Assembly (NCBI RefSeq): GCF_009914755.1
Contig: NC_060925.1
Source of the DNA: the human T2T-CHM13v2.0 reference genome, Homo sapiens
Strand: one strand, 5' to 3'
Length of the DNA: 64,000 nucleotides
Shown: piece by piece, positions 51,916-64,000 of the stretch
Position numbering within the stretch: the stretch's first letter is position 1
Layout of the letters: each line of letters opens with the position of its first letter
Program-made: the position numbers and the translations under genes
Notes under the pieces: model-generated
Database searches by the model: none
What the model saw: only the letters and a program-made list of their open reading frames with translations
What the model was told of the DNA's origin: nothing

Positions 51916-52172
51916 ACAATTACGCTTAGAATATTATAAATAGAAATAAAACGGTAAAAATACTTGTAATATTTATTTCTCTATCCTGAATGAGCATAAA
52001 AATCTGCCTTCAGCTTCTGAAGTAATAGTGGTTGAAAGAAACTGGAGTGAGCCATAGATTTTAAGTTATTTACATTAGACTGGAAAGAAGCAAAATGGCT
52101 TTTTCCTCTTATGCTTAATTAGGAATAATACATTACCTCAGCTGAATCTTTAGTTTCTTTAAATGTAAGTCA

Positions 52173-52727
<555 letters not shown>

Positions 52728-52867
52728 GTCAGATAATGTTATTCTCCTACATTCGGCCTTTCCCTCAGTCACACTTGTGGTTATATTTGAAATCCTTATC
52801 ATGGTTAGGCACTGTTGACCTACTGCTCCAACTTGTTCTTCCCCTCTTCGTCCTTCCTTCTTTTCTT

Positions 52868-53105
52868 CTTAGCCTGTTTGGGCTGCTGTAACAAACTGCC
52901 ATAGACTGGTGGTTTACATACAACAGATAATTATTTTTCACAGTTCTCGTGGTTGGGAGTTCCTAGATCAAAGCTCCAGCATATTTGGTGTCTGGTGAGG
53001 GCCTGCTTCCTGGTTCATGTGTTCTTACATGGTGGAAGAGAGTGTAAGAGCTCTCTGGGGTTTCTTTTATAAGGATACTACTCTTATTCAAGAGGACTCC
53101 CTTCT
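52868..53105 (-). mobile_element. MLT1-type LTR fragment
   Basis: GGGCTGCTGTAACAAA..CCATAGACTGG, TCACAGTTCT, TCTGGTGAGGGCC motifs. Confidence 0.7.
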
Positions 53106-53430
53106 CTCTCTCTTTCTGTCCTTCTGTCTCCCTCCTCCCTTCTCTCTCTTCATTCATCAAAAGAAGATGCAGATTTGTGTGTATGTGTGTAAGATGTGCA
53201 AGAATATGAAGATAATTTTTTTTTTATTATACTTTAAGTTTTAGGGTACATGTGCACATTGTGCAGGTTAGTTACATATGTATACATGTGCCATGCTGGT
53301 GCACTGCACCCACTAACTCGTCATCTAGCATTAGGTATATATCCCAATGCTATCCCTCCCCCCTCCCCCCACCCCACAACAGTCCCCAGAGTGTGATATT
53401 CCCCTTCCTGTGTCCATGTGATCTCATTGT

Positions 53431-57259
<3,829 letters not shown>

Positions 57260-57322
57260 TATGATGTTAGCTGGTGATTTTGCTCATTAGTTGATGCAGT
57301 TTCTTCCTAGTCTCGATGGTCT

Positions 57323-58337
57323 TTACATTTTGGCATGATTTTGCAGCGGCTGGTACCGGTTGTTCCTTTCCATGTTTAGCGCTTCCTTCAGGAGCTCTTT
57401 TAGGGCAGGCCTGGTGGTGACAAAATCTGTCAGCATTTGCTTGTCTGTAAAGTATTTTATTTCTCCTTCACTTATGAAGCTTAGTTTGGCTGGATATGAA
57501 ATTCTGGGTTGAAAATTCTTTTCTTTAAGAATGTTGAATATTGGCCCCCACTCTCTTCTGGCTTGTAGGGTTTCTGCCGAGAGATCCGCTGTTAGTCTGA
57601 TGGGCTTCCCTTTGAGGGTAACCCGACCTTTCTCTCTGGCTGCCCTTAACATTTTTTCCTTCATTTCAACTTTGGTGAATCTGACAATTATGTGTCTTGG
57701 AGTTGCTCTTCTCGAGGAGTATCTTTGTGGCGTTCTCTGTATTTCCTGAATCTGAACGTTGGCCTGCCTTACTAGATTGGGGAAATTCTCCTGGATAATA
57801 TCCTGCAGAGTGTTTTCCAACTTGGTTCCATTCTCCCCATCACTTTCAGGTACACCAATCAGACGTAGATTTGGTCTTTTCACGTAGTCCCATATTTCTT
57901 GGAGGCTTTGCTCATTTCTTTTTATTCTTTTTTCTCTAAACTTCCCTTCTCACTTCATTTCATTCATTTCATCTTCCATTGCTGATACCCTTTCTTCCAG
58001 TTGATCGCATCGGCTCCTGAGGCTTCTGCATTATTCACGTAGTTCTCGAGCCTTGGTTTTCAGCTCCATCAGCTCCTTTAGGCACTTCTCTGTATTGGTT
58101 ATTCTAGTTATACATTCTTCTAAATTTTTTTCAAAGTTTTCAACTTCTTTGCCTTTGGTTTGAATGTCCTCCCGTAGCTCAGAGTAATTTGATCGTCTGA
58201 AGCCTTCTTCTCTCAGCTCGTCAGTCATTCTCCATCCAGGTTTGTTCCGTTGCCGGTGAGGAACTGCGTTCCTTTGGAGGAGGAGAGACGCTCTGCGTTT
58301 TAGAGTTTCCAGTTTTTCTGTTCTGTTTTTTCCCCAT
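57323..58337 (-). pseudogene. L1 ORF1, disrupted
   Basis: ATGGGGAAAAAACAG at 58337. Span is 1015 nt versus 1017 for an intact ORF1. A 2-nt deletion near 58223 (GACTTTGAC>GACTGAC) and a GAA>TAA nonsense at 58031-58033. The C-terminal 186-aa fragment is in the ORF track. Confidence 0.92.
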
Positions 58338-59241
58338 CTTTGTGGTTTTATCTACTTTTGGTCTTTGATGATGGTGATGTACAGATGGGTTTTTGGTGTG
58401 GATGTCCTTTCTGTTTTTAGTTTTCCTTCTAATAGACAGGACCCTCAGCTGCAGGTCTGTTGGAATACCCTGCAGTGTGAGGTGTCAGTGTGCCTCTGCT
58501 GGGGGGTGCCTCCCAGTTAGGCTGCTCGGGGGTCAGGGGTCAGGGACCCACTTGAGGAGGCAGTCTGCCGGTTCTCAGATCTCCAGCTGCGTGCTGGGAG
58601 AACCACTGCTCTCTTCAAAGCTGTCAGACAGGGACATTTAAGTCTGCAGAGGTTACTGCTGTCTTTTTGTTTGTCTGTGCCCTGCCCTCAGAGGTGGAGC
58701 CTACAGAGGCAGGCAGGCCTCCTTGAGCTGTGGTGGGCTCCACCCAGTTCGAGCTTCCCGGCTGCTTTGTTTACCTAAGCAAGCCTGGGCAATGGCGGGC
58801 GCCCCTCCCCCAGCCTTGCTGCCGCCTTGCAGTTTGATCTCAGACTGCTGTGCTAGCAATCAGCGAGATTCCGTTGGCGTAGGACCCTCCAAGCCAGGTG
58901 TGGGATATAGTCTCGTGGTGCGCCCTTTTTTAAGCCGGTCTGAAAAGCGCAATATTCGGGTGGGAGTGACCCGATTTTCCAGGTGCGTCCGTCACCCCTT
59001 TCTTTGACTCAGATAGGGAACTCCCTGCCCCCTTGCGCTTCCCAGGTGAGGCAATGCCTCGCCCTGCTTCGGCTCGCGCACCGTGCGCGCACCAACTGGC
59101 CTGCGCCCACTGTCTGGCACTCCCTAGTGAGATGAACCCGGTACCTCAGATGGAAATGCAGAAATCACCCGTCTTCTGCGTCGCTCACGCTGGGAGCTGT
59201 AGACCGGAGCTGTTCCTATTCGGCCATCTTGGCTCCTCTTC
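58338..59241. promoter_or_regulatory. L1 5'UTR: CpG-rich internal sense promoter (- strand) and antisense promoter (+ strand); YY1 site intact
   Basis: Most CpG-dense stretch of the window. YY1 motif CAAGATGGCCG on the - strand (59221-59231). The bidirectional promoter is established for L1PA/L1HS 5'UTRs. Confidence 0.8.
58792..59007 (+). CDS. L1 ORF0 (71 aa, antisense ORF in the L1 5'UTR), intact
   Basis: MAGAPPPALLPPCSLISDCCASNQRDSVGVGPSKPGVGYSLVVRPFLSRSEKRNIRVGVTRFSRCVRHPFL*. Kozak gcaATGg. Donors CCAG|gtgtgg (+106) and TCCAG|gtgcgt (+191). Whether this copy is expressed cannot be seen from sequence. Confidence 0.85.
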   Translation: MAGAPPPALLPPCSLISDCCASNQRDSVGVGPSKPGVGYSLVVRPFLSRSEKRNIRVGVTRFSRCVRHPFL

Positions 59242-60169
59242 GATAATTTGTTTACTTGCATTGTTAGTACCACTTTCCTCTCCCTTTCTCTGTCTTCATT
59301 CACTACATTCCAGTTATACTAGCCTCTGTATTCATTCTTATAGGACTTACCAGTCATATTTCCCGCCCCAGGACCTTGGCATATTATCTTTATACTCCCT
59401 AAGTAAATCTTTCCCTGATTTTCCAATGCTTTTTGTTTCATCTTAGTAAACATTTTATCATAAGAAGCCTTCCTTGGTTATATCATGTAACTCTCTTTCC
59501 TCATACTGGGCCATTTTTTTTTCCTTCGTAGCACTTTTCTTTGAATTGATATTATATTTATTTGCTTATTGGTTTATTGGATATCTTCCTCACTAGATTA
59601 TAAGCTTGTGAGAATAGTTTCTTTATATTTTTCCCTGCTGTAGCTTCAGTGGCTAGGGAAGTAAGTGATTCATTGTAAGATTTTAGCAAATATTTGCTGA
59701 ATGAACAAATAAGCAGACCAGGTCAAGGAAATGAGGTTGAATTTGTCTGGAGCCTGGAATATTCTCTGAAAGTTGCTTTAATCTTTTAAAAACCCTTTCT
59801 GATTTGCCTCATTCTCTAAAGTTTAGAATGTGGGAAAACTTTTGCTAAATTCCAAGTACCAAAATATTGGCAATATAAATTTAGAAAATTTTGGTAAAAA
59901 TGCTTTGAATTTTTCAGGAAAGGGTTTGCATGTATATTGTTTATATGTTATCGTCTAAAAATGTCAAAATGTCTTTTTAAAGAAAAATTGTTTTCAAAGT
60001 GTCTTCTATGCTATCTGTTTAGCTTCAATTTGCCAAACACACCTTGACAGAGATTTAGTGTTTTGACTTGCCTCTTTATTCCTGGGGTTGTCCCCTTACC
60101 CTCAGTTTCTAAATTTGAGATCTTGAAGGGGTCTTGAATGTGTAGATCAGTCCAGGACTTAGGATTTGT

Positions 60170-60495
60170 TTTGTTTTGTTTTGTTTTTGTTTTTGTGTTT
60201 GTTTTTGTTTTTGAGACACAGTTTCACTCTGTTCCCCAGGCTGGAGTGCAGTGGCACGATCTTGGTGCGCTGAAACATCTGCCTCCTGGGTTCAAGCGAT
60301 TCTCATACCTCGGCCTCCTGAATAGCTGGGAATACCGGTTCCCACCGCCATGCCTGGCTGATTTTTGTATTTATCAGAAGAGATGGGATTTCACCGTGTT
60401 GGTCAGACTGGTCTTGAACTCCTGACCTCAAGTGATCCACCCATCTCGACCTCCTAAAGTGTTGGGATTACAGGCGTGAGCCACTGCGCCCAACC
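60170..60495 (-). mobile_element. Alu with (TTTTG)n tail
   Basis: TSD AGGACTTAGGATTTGT at 60154-60169 and 60496-60511. Confidence 0.9.
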
Positions 60496-60868
60496 AGGAC
60501 TTAGGATTTGTGTAGGGAAAGTCAGATAATTATTTGCTTCCAAATCCCAGACTCCTTTCAGCTTTTGTATTCCGTTGTTGAATTCATCTTTGGAACCACC
60601 TGACCTTTTCTGTGGTAGAAAGGGCCTCAGTTGAACAATGAATTAGGGCTTAGATAAACTAATAGGTGCTGCTCTGTATAGAAGTGGGCTCTCCAGGAAT
60701 AGTCTATACTATTCTAGACTGGCATTCCTTTTGCCATAATTGAAAAAGACTAGATTTAGGGATGGGTGATAGAGATGTTACCAGGCACGTATACTTAGCT
60801 TTGGAGTAAATGAGTTGGTTCATAGGAAACACAAGAATGAAGAAATTGTGAGAAGATAATAAAGAATT

Positions 60869-60905
60869 TATGTGTATGTGTGTGTTTGTGTGTGTGTGTG
60901 TGTGT
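60869..60905. repeat. Imperfect (TG)n microsatellite
   Basis: Direct reading. Confidence 0.9.
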
Positions 60906-60984
60906 TGTGAATATGAAGACAAGTTGTTCTCTCTTGCATTGTTAGTTCCAGTTTATTTTTGTGATTTTTAAGATAGTTATGTTT

Positions 60985-61290
<306 letters not shown>

Positions 61291-61428
61291 GATAGTTATT
61301 TTATATATCATATATTGTCATAGTAAAACTATTTGTTCTTTTTTTTTAAAAAAAAAAACCTAACTGGAAATATGTCTTTGTTCTTCGAGAATTAATATTT
61401 TATCTAACTTTTCATTACTGTTCTACAG

Positions 61429-61603
61429 AATTATAGACCAATCCAGCAATGTGGAGATAGCATCTTTTCCAATCTATAAGGTGTTATTCTGTGCACGTGG
61501 ACATGACGGAACAACAGAGAGCAATTGCTTTGCATTTACAGAGAGTTCCCATGGTTCGGAAGAATTTCAGATACATGTTTTCTCCTGTGAAATTAAAGAG
61601 GCA
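61429..61603 (+). CDS. RABGAP1L: RABGAP1L coding exon, 175 nt: (R)IIDQSSNVEIASFPIYKVLFCARGHDGTTESNCFAFTESSHGSEEFQIHVFSCEIKEA; PTB/PID core
   Basis: Acceptor ttctacag|A and donor GCA|gtaagt. Phase 2 in, phase 0 out. Cumulative CDS is 717 nt (239 aa) with no stop. Translated by hand because it is not in the ORF track. Confidence 0.95.
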
Positions 61604-64000
61604 GTAAGTATAATATAGTATAGCAATTTGCTATAGAGATGAATTAGGGTAATATTTTTGAGCTCTAATTTCACTGTTGTATAAATATGTTACATAAATT
61701 TGGAGTATGTTTCTAAAGACAAAATTAATATTTGTAATGACATAGAACTGAATGTGGAAAGCCAAGTCTGGTATATCTGCATAGGTAGGGCACTCTCACA
61801 GCTTAGCAGTTGTCGTAGAAAAATACAACTGGATGAGTTGCCTTTCCACCTTACCATGGTAGTAAATTGCTTATGCTCAGAAGGGAGACTATTTTTGCAG
61901 CTCTCTTATTATTTTGCCCTAGTAGATTGGTCCATGTGATTTTAAAAAGTGCCTATAACGATACCTGTTTCTCTGATGGGCTTGATAGTTGCATATTGCT
62001 TTCATTTAGATATTGCATTAAGATTATTTTATCAATCTCTGTGGTTTTCATTGATGATTATTTGTTTTGTGCTTTCTTGCTCAGAGGCTATATTTTGCTC
62101 CAGAGAACTGGCTTAAATAAAATTACAAATGCTCACTTAAAGCAGGTATAACAACTTGTAGTCCTTTGAAAATGCTAGTAAGTTTTTTTATAGAAATTAC
62201 TAATTGGTAGATTATTGTTAGGAGAAATGGTTTAGATTAAATGCAGTTAATTACATAGGGAAATCTTTTCTACATCTATTGAATTATCCCCAATTTTAAA
62301 ATGTTGCACTGTTAGACACTTAGTACTTAAAACCATTTCAAAGGCATTCATAAATGGGTGTGGATGGCAATGTCTCAGGTATGTTTGCTTGTGACAAAAT
62401 AAATTATCAGCAGAAAATGCTGAAAGCAATAGTTATTCTAGCCTCTATCATGAAACATGAATAAATCATTCTATTAACAGGAGTTTTGAGTTTATTTCTG
62501 GCGACAAAATGGGAATTAATGGAAATATGGATTTCTGTGAGTTTGATACAAAGCATGATGGCTATGTCAGTTCTTGTGCCCTGGTGATCAGTTTGCTTTA
62601 CACTAAACTGAACATGCACAGACACATATAATTTAGATTGTAACTGTAGAAATTCTCTATCAGAACCCATGCCTTCTGAAAGAAGTTGAAGTTTTGTGTT
62701 TTGTTTTTTAGATAAGGCTTTATCTATTTTTTTCCCAGCACTTACATATCTATGTGTATACTGACTTCTTGTTCAAAATGGTCTGATAGACAGGAGAGTG
62801 AATGAGTATAAGTATGCTGCTAGTGTGCCTAGCATATAGTAGACAGTGAATATAAATATGCTGAAGGAATATGTATGTTTCTGTGAATGAGGGGGGCTAT
62901 TTCTGATCCTTACGAACTCCACTACAGAGGTGGGGAAGCAGATGGTAGAATCCTGGCATTTCATGTTGGCAGCCATCATTTAACCCACCTGTGTGATTTC
63001 CGAATCACTGGAGCTCAACAGCAAGGAAATGAACTTTGAAGACCTGGAAAATCTGCTGCTTGGAGAGAGAGAAATGCTGCTGCAGAAGGATACTGAATTG
63101 CTGCAAGAAGTTTCCATAACTAATGGTATGAAACTGTCTTTTGGATTGTAGCATTCACTTGGGTTTAGAGTAGGGGAAGTGTTTATTTTTGAGAGCTTAT
63201 CATGGTAGGTAAGTAGTGGAAGAAACCCTGGGAAGTTCTTGGCCAGACCATTTTGGATATAGTATTAAATAAATGCTGTTTCTATAGAGCATATTTTTTC
63301 CATTGCACGTTGTAAGAAAGTTATCTCCATCTATTATTTAATTTTTTGAGTGCATTTTAGAAAGTATTACATTATGGGGGTATTAGTGGTAAAATATATT
63401 GTTTGAAGGAGAAATACATGACAGTGGTCATTAAACCTTATTATGAGACATTATTTCTTTTTAAAAAAAATTTTAAAAATCCTCCTCCAGGTAATGAATG
63501 ACACATCAGTTCTAAATGAGGAATAACCCAATATAAATAGAGAGCTTATGCCAGGCACTGTGCTAAGCATTCATTTGATACTCATAACAGCCCGTGACCA
63601 GGTTGGACTTATTAGACAAGTGACTTTATGTTTCTCTTTGCCTGGAGCAGTTCTATTTTATGCTTATTGTCCAGGTTTTTACTAATACCCTCATTTTTAT
63701 TCTCAAAAGTGTTGTGGTTTGGATGATAAATTGTTTGGTTACCCTTTGTTTATCCTGTGGCTAAGAGACTGGGTGATAGAGCTGGGTTTTAAGTTGAAGT
63801 CTTTGACTTTGAAGAGCCATACAGTTTTCAGTAACAACTTTCCTGTTGCTTACATATTATAAAACACAAATGTGGATTTTTGTATTTTAGTTATGTTTTA
63901 TAAAGGGATTTATTGGTAACATAGCTTGCATTCCATTTACGTTTTGTATTTTACCTGGCCCTTTTGCAGAAGATGTCCAACATCTTCCTCTCTGCCCTAC

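Noticed and set aside
59033-59446. 137-aa ORF leaving the L1 5' end
   Set aside because: TTG start, L1 5'UTR antisense sequence running into the flank, no recognisable protein.
61619-61635. TATAGCAA-T-TTGCTATA hairpin after the exon 5 donor
   Set aside because: Short AT-rich stem expected by chance in 64 kb.

Overview
Primate, almost certainly human, genomic DNA lying entirely inside RABGAP1L (+ strand). It covers about 39 kb of the first intron, four coding exons (39073-39243 with ATG at 39106; 40920-41112; 51093-51303; 61429-61603) that splice in frame into the first 239 aa, and part of the next intron. Exon numbering 2-5 assumes one upstream non-coding exon outside the window. The rest is mostly interspersed repeats: about 30 Alus, several L1s, MST/MLT/ERV1 LTRs, Tigger1, MER/MADE1 DNA elements and a U13 snoRNA retrocopy. 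The main finding is a full-length L1PA2-type element (53219-59241, - strand). Its ORF1 and ORF2 are dead, but its antisense ORF0 (58792-59007, + strand) is intact. ORF0's second splice donor is exactly in phase with the next RABGAP1L exon, predicting an L1-antisense-promoter-driven ORF0-RABGAP1L fusion protein. Other observations include a composite Alu carrying about 97 bp of foreign DNA inside its target-site duplication (TSD), L1 inverted and direct repeats bracketing exon 4, a stop-free 750-nt exon 2-5 circle, an in-frame L1/L1 chimeric junction and a twin-primed L1. Repeat subfamily names come from recalled consensus motifs, not a database search, and boundaries of old repeats are approximate.
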